64,000 bases of DNA from Octopus sinensis. Taxonomy: Eukaryota. The translations under genes were made by a program, and so were the position numbers. Shown here one piece after another: positions 1 to 10,490 of the stretch. The stretch is from the NCBI RefSeq assembly GCF_006345805.1, contig NC_043003.1, forward strand, positions 102,362,001 to 102,426,000, in the 5' to 3' direction. The notes under the pieces were generated by a model. The model searched no databases and had not been told where the DNA came from. It saw nothing but the letters and a program-made list of their open reading frames with translations. Each line of letters starts with the position of its first letter. The first letter of the stretch is position 1.

Positions 1-145
1 CACACACATAAACAAACACACACATGCACACACACAAGCACACACACATACACACACACACACACACAAAATAAACTGAGAGATAGATAGAAATAGGAAT
101 AGGGAAAGAGAGAGGAAGAGAAATAGATAGATAGTAGATAAATAT

Positions 146-190
<45 letters not shown>

Positions 191-225
191 TTTATAAATA
201 TACATAATATAAATGATATATATAT

Positions 226-259
<34 letters not shown>

Positions 260-269
260 AATATTTATA

Positions 270-1460
270 AATATACATAATATAAATGATATATATATGC
301 ATACATACACACATATATGTACATACTTACATATATATGTATATACATAAGCATGTGTGGGCAAAGGACATCACAGAACATAAACAACAAAAAATCCGAA
401 AATATGGAATATGAATACATGGAATATGAACTTTTTTGTGAACAATGAAGGAAACAAATGGAAAACAAGTAATGCAATATGAAGAACGACCCTTCATCAG
501 TTGTCGACTGTTTTTTTAATCTGTATTTCGAGTATTTCACAACAAGATATGTCTTCGATAAAACAGTTCTTCCATGAAGCAAATTAAATAAAATTTGGGA
601 TTTTGTGGAGGTTCAGAATTGGTAACAAAAACAGGACAGTGAAAACAAACAGGAAGGGCTGTTAAGTCTAAACAAAGTGAGGTAGTGAACGCAAAGAAGC
701 AAGCTTGGACAGGAGACAGATAGGAATATGTCTGAATCGTCCAGCTGTGTCAGGAGGAAAGAAAGAAACACAAGTTAGGGAAAGAAAGAAATATGGCTGA
801 TGGTCACGTGTTTGCAGGAGTCTTGTAGTCTTCCTTTCTCTAATTTTTTCTCTCCCCTTTATCATTCTCTTTCTGTCACTCTCTCTCCCTCACTCTTCCT
901 CCTTTGCTCTCTCTCGTGGCTCCCACATGACCATCGACTATCTTTCTTTCTTTCCCTAACTTGTGTTTCTTTCTTTCCTCCTTATACAGCTGGACGAATC
1001 AGTCGTATTTTTGTCTGTCTCCTGTTCAAGCTTGCTTCTTCACATTCCCTACTCACTCCGTTTAGGTTTAGCAGCCCTTCCTGTTTGTTTTCACTGTCCT
1101 GTTTTTGTTACTAATTTTGACCATCCACAAAATCCCAAATTTTATTTAATTTGCTCTCTGGGAGCAACTGTTTTATCGAAGGTGCATCTTGTCGTAAAAT
1201 GCTCGAAATATGGATTAGAAAAACAATTGACAACTGATGAAGGGTCGTTCTTTATGTTGTGTGTCTTGTTTTCCCTTTGTTTCCTTTGTTGTTTGCAAAA
1301 AAGTTCTTATCCTATGTATTTGTAGTCCATATTTTCGTATTTTTTGTTGTTTACATTCTGTGATGTCTTGTGCTCACATATGCGTATGTATATACGTATA
1401 TATGTAAGTATGTACATATACAGATGTATATATGCATATATATATAAATTATTTATATTA
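270..1460. repeat. Long inverted repeat (~540-bp arms at ~270-810 and ~924-1460), probably inverted termini of a PLE-type element
   Basis: The arms align as reverse complements, e.g. gaacgacccttcatcagttgtc vs gacaactgatgaagggtcgttc and aacaggacagtgaaaacaaacaggaagggct vs agcccttcctgtttgttttcactgtcctgtt. Both outer ends are bounded by (TA)n. Confidence 0.8.
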
Positions 1461-1649
1461 TTACATGATTGAATGCCATGCATCCATTTCCAAGTAAGTT
1501 TTATCTATATATACATATGCATATATAGATGTATGTATGTGTATATATCTATATCTATCTATCTGTCTATACACACACACAGAGATATGTACATATGCAT
1601 ATATATATAAATATGTATGTATATATTTATATTCATATATCTATATCTA

Positions 1650-1723
<74 letters not shown>

Positions 1724-1894
1724 AATCAATCTTGGTGGAATATATTATTTTTATAATTGATATTGCTGGACTTGAAAATGCTAGCAGGAGTCTTGTAGTC
1801 TTCCATTTTCCCTTTCCTTTACTCTCTTAGTCATTCCATCATTTTAATAATACCTTTCAAACATGTTGGTATATATATATATATATTATATATA

Positions 1895-1925
<31 letters not shown>

Positions 1926-2119
1926 ATATATTATATATATATATAAAACTGCCACTAAATATCCACAGTAAACACTAAATATTTATAATGAAAGAAAAAT
2001 AAAGAGAATCTATATAGGTCTGTGAATAAATATATGCATATATTATATGTATTTGTGTAAGGCAGATGAATATGACATACAAACCAGTGCAAATGTATAT
2101 ATACATATGTATATATATA

Positions 2120-2156
<37 letters not shown>

Positions 2157-2160
<4 letters not shown>

Positions 2161-2275
2161 CCTGGTCGCTTAGCCAGCGGGGTGGTGTCATTCGAAGGCT
2201 AAAACAATGCGAACGCATTGTGACCAGCGATGTATAACAACATCTGATGGTCTGGTCGGTTACGTGATCACATGA
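2157..2275 (+). mobile_element. Short interspersed-repeat fragment between (TA)n tracts
   Basis: GC-richer island between TA tracts that resembles a SINE 3' part; family not determined. Confidence 0.35.
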
Positions 2276-2288
2276 TATATATATATAT

Positions 2289-2366
<78 letters not shown>

Positions 2367-2664
2367 CACATATAGACAGATAGATAAGTGTATCTATATA
2401 TAGATACACATCTATATGAGCAGGAGTAGTGGGTAAGCATCATAGTCATGTGTTGAGAGGGAATTTTTATTTTGAGTTCCAGTTCTACAAAGTTCAAAAG
2501 ATTGAGATTCAATGAAGTAAGACTCTGTCAAAGGAAGGAATTCGACACCAAAGAGAAACTCTTATCTCTGTGAGTCAGTTTGGTTCAGGAATGATCTCAA
2601 TGATAGTTTATGGGAGAGAGGAACATTAAAAGAAGAAATGCAACAAACAAAAACCATGGATTAC

Positions 2665-2730
2665 CTTGCATATTTCTTAGGATCGTCAGTATTGCTGCAA
2701 AGGTCATCATCATCATCACCACTTTCAAAG
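2665..2730 (-). CDS. Bmal1: Internal coding exon (D)FESGDDDDDLCSNTDDPKKYA(R/S) of a BMAL1/ARNTL/cycle-like bHLH-PAS gene
   Basis: Strong acceptor ttttcttttctttctttcag and donor AAG|gtaatc; 66 nt, phase 2/2. It joins the 18002 donor in frame to give RKRKGSLIDFESGDDDDD...DDP, similar to vertebrate BMAL1 RKRKGSSTDYQESMDTDKDDP. Confidence 0.7.
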
Positions 2731-3046
2731 CTGAAAGAAAGAAAAGAAAATATTTATTTCTATATTCCTTCTTGTGTTTTATTTTGTGTACAGTACATGC
2801 AGTTCTAGCTTTCATTGTTGTCTTTCTTTACTTGACCTATTGTTGCTTTCTGTCCCCTCATTTACTCTTGGCCTGAGTACTGAATACAATACACTCATTC
2901 ATAAATTAAGTACCAGTTGAACGCTGAAGACTTAGCCCCTTCCCCAAAACTACTGGCCTTGTGCCAAAAATTTGAAACCATTATTATTATTACATTTATA
3001 TATTTGTTTTGCAAGATTTTTTATGTGAAATCATGTGTTGAAACAG

Positions 3047-3153
3047 ATATTGTTGTATTTAGGAATGGTCATTTTGTCAGTTTAGCCAATAAAAACACAT
3101 GCTTGTGTTTTTATTGGCTAAACTGGCAAAATGACCATTCCTAAATGCAACAA

Positions 3154-3156
<3 letters not shown>
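3047..3156. repeat. Near-perfect fold-back palindrome (53-bp arms, 4-nt loop)
   Basis: atattgttgtatttaggaatgg...aaaaacaca tgct tgtgttttt...ccattcctaaatgcaacaatat, with 2 mismatches. Confidence 0.9.
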
Positions 3157-3189
<33 letters not shown>

Positions 3190-3210
3190 CATCATTATTA
3201 CTATTATTAA

Positions 3211-3425
3211 GGTAGTGAGCTGGCAGAATTGTTAGCATGCCAGGTGAAATGCTTAGTGGTATTTTGTCTGTCACTATATTCTGAGTTCAGATTCCTCGAG
3301 GTCAACTTTGCTTTTCATCCTTTCAGGGTCAATAAATTAAGTGCCAGTGAAACACTGGGGTTAGAGTATTCGACCAGTCCTTTCCCCACAAATTTCAAGC
3401 CTTGTGCCTATAGTTGAAAAGATTC
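3211..3425 (+). mobile_element. tRNA-derived CORE-type SINE (family C)
   Basis: Head gagctggcagaattgttagc, B-box-like gagttcagattcc, body gaggtcaactttgcttttcatcc; many related copies in the window. Confidence 0.75.
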
Positions 3426-3444
3426 TTATTATCATTATATGTAA

Positions 3445-3775
3445 GGTAGCAAGATGGCAGAATCATTTGCATGTCAGACAAAATGCTTAGTGCCATTTCT
3501 TCTAGCTCCTTACATGATGCAATACATGATTATAATATGTTAATGTAAGCAAATCTTTCAATTACATTATTAATCAACACATACTTATCAACGAGAGAGT
3601 CTCTATGTTGTAGTCATCTGTCCTGATAGAAATAGTTCAAATTCTACCAGTGTCAACTTTGCCTTTTATCCTTTCAAGTCAACAAAATAAAGTACCATTT
3701 ACATACTGGGATCAATGTAATCCCCTTGCCTCCCCACTTCAAAATTGCTGGCCTTGTGCCAAAATTAGAAACACT
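3445..3775 (+). mobile_element. Family C SINE interrupted by a ~120-bp inverted templated insertion
   Basis: The SINE head runs to ttacatga and resumes at gttcaaattc...gtcaactttgcc after 3637. Confidence 0.7.
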
Positions 3776-4259
3776 AATTATTCTTATATGCATTTTGTTT
3801 TTGTTGCTTTCTTTAACCCTAGGTTAGACTTAACTGAGTAGGCCTATGGCCAAAAGCATTCTTGTCATGATCATCCAAACTTTCTATACAATTTAACTCA
3901 GACTACAAGAGGTAGACTATTTAGTGGTTAACATTTCAACTGCTAGCAGTGCTAGGGTCAGACCATTCCATAGGTGACCTAATATGAAATGCATCCTTCC
4001 AGGTATTTTCTAAAAGAATGTATGATTCGAGGGAGATTTGGCAACTATTTCTATCAGGATAGATGACTACAACATAGAGACTCTCTCGTTGATAAGTATG
4101 TGTTGATTAATAATGTAAATTGAAAGATTTGCTTACATTAACATATTATAATCATGTATTGCACTGGCTTCTAATGATGACATTGATCAATAGGCTTCTT
4201 CCAACAATTACCATCTACCAAACCCTCTCACAAAGATTTGATCAACCAAAAACGTAGCT

Positions 4260-4700
4260 AAGACATTTTTTTTTACAAAGGCTAAACTTACTCTTTAGAG
4301 TCAGAAAATATTTCAACTGTGTCAGGATCCAAAGAGATATTTCAAATTATACTCTGCCGCAAAGAACATTTGATTGATGAGTAAATCTCCATTCAATAAT
4401 AATTTACAATCACTAGCTCAGCAAATTTTCTATGTTGTGTCACAGTCTCTTCATCTTTAACTACAATAGTTCCTGCTTCTTTCAGTTAGCAAGCAGAGTA
4501 AATACCGTATGTTTTCACCTCTTCATCTCCTGTCATCTCCATAGTTTTTCACTAAAGTCCATATTAAACACTTTGCTCTGAACCTTCCTTTTAAGGGCTG
4601 CAATGCTCTGGAACCCTTGCTTTGCTAACATTTTTCCTTACAGACATCAACAAAGAAAAGTTCAAGTTAAACACCAACTGCATTAACCTTATAAGTCTTC
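4260..4700 (+). mobile_element. Old, decayed LINE 3' fragment (L2/Crack-like)
   Basis: Degenerate peptides LQSLAQQ..., ...MLWNP...IFP...KFK resemble the LINE ORF2 C-terminal pattern LQSL.HRR...LWNSLP...FP...FK. Confidence 0.4.
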
Positions 4701-6273
4701 CTTGGTTTAAGTCATCATCATCAAATATACAAGGAGTATAGCTCAGTTGATGATTCTATAGTAATATTCAGCATTCAGCACCTTGTAAATTCAGTATGAG
4801 AAAAGGCCACGGCATATCAATTCCCATACTTTATGATAATATTCCTTATCAGGTGATCTGACCCATATTTCAACCAATTGTTTTTCTGTAATAATTGTAT
4901 AGGTGTCATGGTTAATGGAAAATACCATGTAGTTTGCACCAAATCATTTTTGTAAATTAGATGCTTGGGAAATACAAGGCAGAGGAGCCGGAGGACTCAT
5001 AAAGCTTTGTTGGTTAGCTGCTAGCTATGATGCTCAAACCTCTTACTAAGCATGAAGACATAGCTTTTTGCTTCTTGACAAACTACTGGTATTCAACACA
5101 GTAGCTTTTTGTAAAGTAACAATTGTAACATTAGTCTGTAAATAAACATATTAATAAAATATAAATATTTGACTGGTTTTACTTGGGAGCAGCCAAATAA
5201 TCCAGCTCTGACCTGATCCGTTCTACAGTACCATCCTCCATGAACTAATCTTGTGCCTGAAAATTGCTGACTTACATCAAGTAGTTGTTGATTCATGGAG
5301 TGGATGATTTGATGTGACCTGTCTGGAAATGTCAACAAAGAACGTGGGTATTGAGCCACCTTCTCTAATTAATTATTAAAATAGAAGCCCTTTCTGTAGA
5401 ATCCTCTTCGACTAGACTATGAACACATCACACAACTCTCTGTAATTATCTAGGGCAAATTGTAGTGGTGAGGCAGATATCACAGCAAACAAAGCTGCTT
5501 GACAACTTACTCATTGTCATGTGAGCCAATAAGACACTAAATATGATTAATTAAAGAAGGCAACACAATCCCCATGTCAATCAGATATCTCTCCTTAAAG
5601 TACAGCTAACTCATTAGGAGACATAGTTAATTATACTCTTCATAATATGTAGCAAGGTGCCTGGGTGTTGAGCAGGAATGGTGGGATGTGTCTAGAGAAC
5701 AAAATAAACTAACAGATGAATTATTTCAGAGTTGTACTTGCATGGCAAATGACTTCACCTGTGAAAATAACCATTTAAGTGATTTAAATCATTTAAAACA
5801 CAAAGAAATTGTTATATTCATCTTTTATTTATTTTCTGAGGTGATAAAATTTCTGTTGCATTTTTGCAACCTGGTCACTGACACAATTCCACTTACATCT
5901 ATCAAGAATTAGTTACATGCAAATTTTTATAAGACTTGAAGGTCATGGAAGAGGAGGATTTCTTTATAGTTTGTTGTTGTTGAACTTTGGGGAGTGATGG
6001 TGTACTGCATAGTTACTCTTTGAATGTTCGATGTGTTGGTTGATGCTTGTCACTGATAGATTCCATTCTATTTTCCCTCTTTGTCTGTATTGTCTACAAC
6101 TTACATATTTCATCTTCAATATACCTCCACTTTTTTCCTTGTGTAGGGATGGTTTTGATCATATGAAGACATCATTTGCTTTGTATATGTATAAAATTAT
6201 GAGTGGTGTATTTGCTTATAGTACAAGTTCATAAAAATTACATTTTTACTAAAATGATGTATTTAAAAAAAAA

Positions 6274-6592
6274 CTGGCACTGTGTCGGTTATGACAAGAG
6301 TTCCGGTTGATCTGATCAATGGAACAGCTTGCTCATGAAATTAACATGCAAGAGGCTGAGGACTCCATAGACATATGTACCCTTAATGTAGTTCTCAGGG
6401 AGATTCAGTACGACACAGAATGTGATGGTGACAAGACTGTCCTTTGAAATATGGCTACCACTCATTTATGTCAGCTGAGTCAACTTGAGCAATGTGAATT
6501 AAAGTGTCTTGCTCAAGAGCACAATGTGTCACCAGGAATCGAACTCACAATCTTATGACCACGAGCCAAATACCCCTAATCACTAAGCCACT
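6274..6592 (-). mobile_element. tRNA-derived SINE (family D)
   Basis: Reverse strand reads gtggcttagtgattagg (A box) ... gagttcgattcctgg (B box), followed by a CORE-like body. Confidence 0.75.
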
Positions 6593-6649
6593 GTTAAAGT
6601 AAATAACAAAACTTACAAGAAGCAAATTGTATCCATGATATTTAAAAAA

Positions 6650-6750
6650 ATCCCCATTGACAACCTTTTTATGCCTCCCACTGACAATCTCTCTTTTTCA
6701 CCCATTGAAAATCTTTCCACACTTTCCATTGACAACCTCTCTACACATAC
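6650..6750. repeat. Short ~23-bp minisatellite (cccattgacaacct...) with ~4 copies
   Basis: ccattgacaacc recurs with a ~23-nt period. Confidence 0.6.
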
Positions 6751-7230
6751 CCACATTCCACTGACTTCTAAACATCCCAAGAAAAGTTTAGTTGTACCGA
6801 GCATTGGGTTATGGATAGAGTACAAAACTATGAATAGAACATACAAATTGTGTATATTCCATTCAAACATTGCAAGAAATCCTATTGCAGACCAACAGTA
6901 ATAAGAAAAGACTCTGTTATGTCCAAATCTACCAAACTGATTTAGTATATTCCAACATGCATCTTTGAATGTAGGTTCTAGGAATGATTGCACATGGTCC
7001 TTCTCGATATCTTATTTAGTATACTATATTTCTTCCATTACATTTGATATGTGAAATTATGGCACACATCATACAATCACTTTTTAAAATGTCGGGCTTA
7101 CAGATGACAACAATACTGGTCGGTAGACTGATGCCTGAGGGTTGCATCAATTGGCTTGTAGTGGTGGGAGCCTGAACTACAATGGTCTTGTCCCACATAG
7201 AACATTTGCGGTTACTATAGGTACCCCCTC

Positions 7231-7334
<104 letters not shown>

Positions 7335-7341
7335 TTATATG

Positions 7342-7373
<32 letters not shown>

Positions 7374-7695
7374 TAATATATATATATATATATGCATACA
7401 GATTGTTGTTGTCATCATCATCATCATCATCCCCATTATTTTTTTTTTAAACATTTGCTTTTAGTCCATGCTGACATGGTTTTGACAAGACAGTATTCCA
7501 TAGCCAGATGCCCTTCTTCACACATATACTTAATTGTTTTGCATGTAATATACTTTGAACCACTGTTGAATGAGTGTCAGTACAAAGACACATAGAAATA
7601 AGTACACACACACACAGGTACATATAATGTCTGTATGTATGTGTATATATATGTGTGTATGCACACACACACACACACACACACATACACACACA

Positions 7696-7762
<67 letters not shown>

Positions 7763-7799
7763 TATACATACAAGCACATATATACATTTATACATATAT

Positions 7800-8258
7800 A
7801 GTGCAGCCCTGGGTCAAGAGGGTTGCTGCTGGAAGACCTTATGTCTGGCAACAGGACTCTGCACTATGCCACGCAAGCAAGAGGACCCAGTAATGAGTGT
7901 CAGACAATTTCTGCGACCACATCACCCCTAACACCTGGCCACCTAACTCCTGAGACTGCATTGATTATTATGTGTGGTGTGCAGTTAAGAAAGGGACCAA
8001 AAAAAACTCATTGTAACATCGAAGATGAACTGAAGGTAAGGATTATAGCAGCATTCACCAACTTAACAAGGAGACTGTCCAGAAGAGCTGTAGGAGATGC
8101 CAAAGTCGTCTAGAGGCCATCATTGAAGTTAATGGTGATTTTATTGAATAAATTTATTGTTTAGTATTTCAAGATAATTTTATGTAATTTTGGTAAATTT
8201 ATCTGTTAAAATGAAATGTCAGTGTTATTTTCATTTTTGTATAATTTAGATGAAAGTT

Positions 8259-8260
<2 letters not shown>
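7800..8260 (+). mobile_element. Tc1/mariner-superfamily (maT/DD37D-like) transposase 3' fragment, decayed
   Basis: PYVWQQDSALCHASKRTQ ... TPNTWPPNS ... DYYVW match the conserved DDE C-terminal motifs; stops and frameshifts are present. Confidence 0.8.
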
Positions 8261-8326
<66 letters not shown>

Positions 8327-8328
8327 AT

Positions 8329-8488
8329 TATTTATATTAAGGGCATTACTATACATAAATACCTCATGCTAGGATGGACTCTTAAAGTCAAAACGACCAT
8401 ATTTTATTATGTTTATTATGGTAGTTTTGATTTTAAGGATGCCTCCTAGCATGAGGCATTTATATATATAATGACCTTAATATAAATA
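8329..8488. repeat. ~160-bp imperfect hairpin (MITE-like)
   Basis: aaatacctcatgctagga / tcctagcatgaggcattt and ttaaagtcaaaacgaccata / tatggtagttttgattttaa pair with each other. Confidence 0.8.
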
Positions 8489-8599
8489 TATTTAAAGGGA
8501 ATAATTTATAAATTTTTCCCTTATGAGGTTTGTTTACACTAACTACTTGATAAATTCTTATAAAGATTTTATCCTATTTTTAAATTGTGTATATATATA

Positions 8600-9310
8600 T
8601 ATAAAATATTAGAAAAAACCCCCACCTTTTATCAATTCAAAATGAACAATTAAATTACACCATCTTTTTTTTTAATATATTATATTATTTATTGATATAT
8701 AGGTGGATTATGTATTTGTAATACTAAATTGAAGTTAATTAGATATTATATTTTTTGATATTTAGTCAATTTTGTTATAGATTGTTATATTAAATCTATA
8801 GATACTACACATGTATATTTATTATATGGTTAGTTTATGTAAGGAGTTTGCCTATATTTGAAACATTTCTTATTTTGATTACAATTTAATGACTTGTAAT
8901 AGCTTTGTGTATTTTATTTAATTTTAAAATATTTAATTATTGAAGTATTATTTTATTTTTCACTTATGTATATTTAGAATTTTCATATATATATATATAT
9001 ATATATATTAAAGTATATTTATTAATTAACTATTTTATTGTTCTATTTTATTTTTAACCTGATGAGTGACTATATTTATATGCTAGTGATTTCTCTACTA
9101 CTATAATCATTTCTTAAATATAGCAGCGAAACACGTGTCGTTTTTCTACCTATTATATACATTATATTATTTTTGTAATTTACTTAATCTTAACTTTTTA
9201 ATTGTTATTTTAATTTTAACTTTTCTATTATATGTAATTTTCTAGATGGTGTAATTTAATTATTCATTTTGAATTGATAAAAGGTGTTTTTTTTTCTAAT
9301 ATTTTATATA
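8600..9310 (+). mobile_element. AT-rich non-autonomous mini-element with ~65-bp terminal inverted repeats, carrying a hammerhead ribozyme
   Basis: aaaatattagaaaaaa...caccttttatcaattcaaaatgaacaattaaattacaccatct (~8601-8665) is mirrored at ~9244-9310. Confidence 0.7.
9056..9142 (+). ncRNA. Type I hammerhead ribozyme with long stem II and palindromic stem III
   Basis: aac-CTGATGA-g(tga)ctatattta...taaatatag(cag)c-GAAA-cacgtg-TC-gtt: complete catalytic core, GUC site and 3-bp stem I. Confidence 0.75.
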
Positions 9311-9644
9311 TATATTATATTGTGTGGAATTTGATTTAGTATTTCTAAACTGAATTCTTTTTCCTTGTAAGTTTGGATTTTATTCCCTCAAATAATAATT
9401 ATTATATATATATATATATATAATTACAATAAGGATATGAAATCCTCTTAAAGGGATGCTACTATCCAAGTTCCCTGATTATATCCAGTTATCCATTGCT
9501 TCAATGAAAAACCGAAGATGTTAGTTTCACATAGATGGATATGTGTATATAAATATTCGTGTATGAGAAAAAGAAATGGAAAAATTAATACATAGACATC
9601 AATTTATTCGAACAAATTCCATTCTGTATAATATCAAATTCCTT

Positions 9645-9755
9645 ACACTTACAACCGTTTCCATACCCAATTAATTCGATTTGAGGAATAAATTAAATTA
9701 AGTTAATTTAAATTTTCATATCAAATATTGTAAATTGGGTATTTCATCAGGGGAG
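9645..9755 (-). ncRNA. Hammerhead-like motif in the PLE pLTR (a C>T-damaged inverted copy lies at 12994-13098 +)
   Basis: CTGATGA-a-atacccaatt...aattgggtat-g-GAAA-cggttg-TA: 10-bp stem II, but the closing pair and stem I are imperfect. Confidence 0.55.
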
Positions 9756-9947
9756 AGAATTTATTAGAAAGGAGCTACATACAACATGTTGGATGACCTT
9801 TGATGAACTCAGATATGTGTGTTTTAGCAACAGGTGTATTTAAAAAAACCATTACTCTTCTTAGGTATTTGAGCATGTGTGTGGTAAAGTGTTGAAAACC
9901 ATGAGATGATGATGAATTAAAACTGTTTACTAATTACTATAGTTGAA

Positions 9948-10490
9948 TCAAAATCAAAATCAATTCGATGATTGGCATCTGTGCTAGCGGGGTGCAAAGA
10001 GCACCATATGAGTGTGACCATTGACAGAGTGGCTATTTGAGTATGATCGTTACCAGCGTTGCCTTACTGGCACTTATGCCTGTGCCAGTAGGGTGCCAAG
10101 AGCACCATCCGAGCATGATCGTTACCAGAGCAGCCAACTGGCTTCTGTACCTGTGGCACTTAAAAGCGCACCATTTGAGCGTGATCGTTACCAATGTTGC
10201 TTCACTGGCACCTGTGCCGGTGGCACGTGTAAAAAGATTCAAGCGAGGTCGTTGCCAGTGCCTCCTGACTGGTCCCCATGCCGGTGGCATGTAAAAAGCA
10301 CTCACTACACTCTTGGAGTGGTTGGTGTTAGGAAGGGCATCCAGCTGTAGAAACTCTGCCAGATTAAGATTGGAGCCTAGTGCAGCCATCTGGCTCGCCA
10401 GCCCTCAGTCAAAATTGTCCAACCCATGCTAGCATGGAAAGCGGACGTTAAACGATGATGATGATGATGATGGTGATGATGATAATGATG
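9948..10490 (+). mobile_element. SINE-like retroposon family B (internal tandem units, (GAT)n tail) inserted in the PLE
   Basis: Repeated gtgccggtggcac/gagcgtgatcgttacc units, the ggaagggcatccagctgtag block and an aaacgatgatg tail. Confidence 0.8.

Noticed and set aside
5276-5322. AG/GT-bounded 47-nt minus-strand segment as a host exon
   Set aside because: Splicing it after 18002 gives an early stop (EQVTSNHPLHESTTT*), while the direct 18002-2730 join fits BMAL1. It could be a poison exon, but there is no support.
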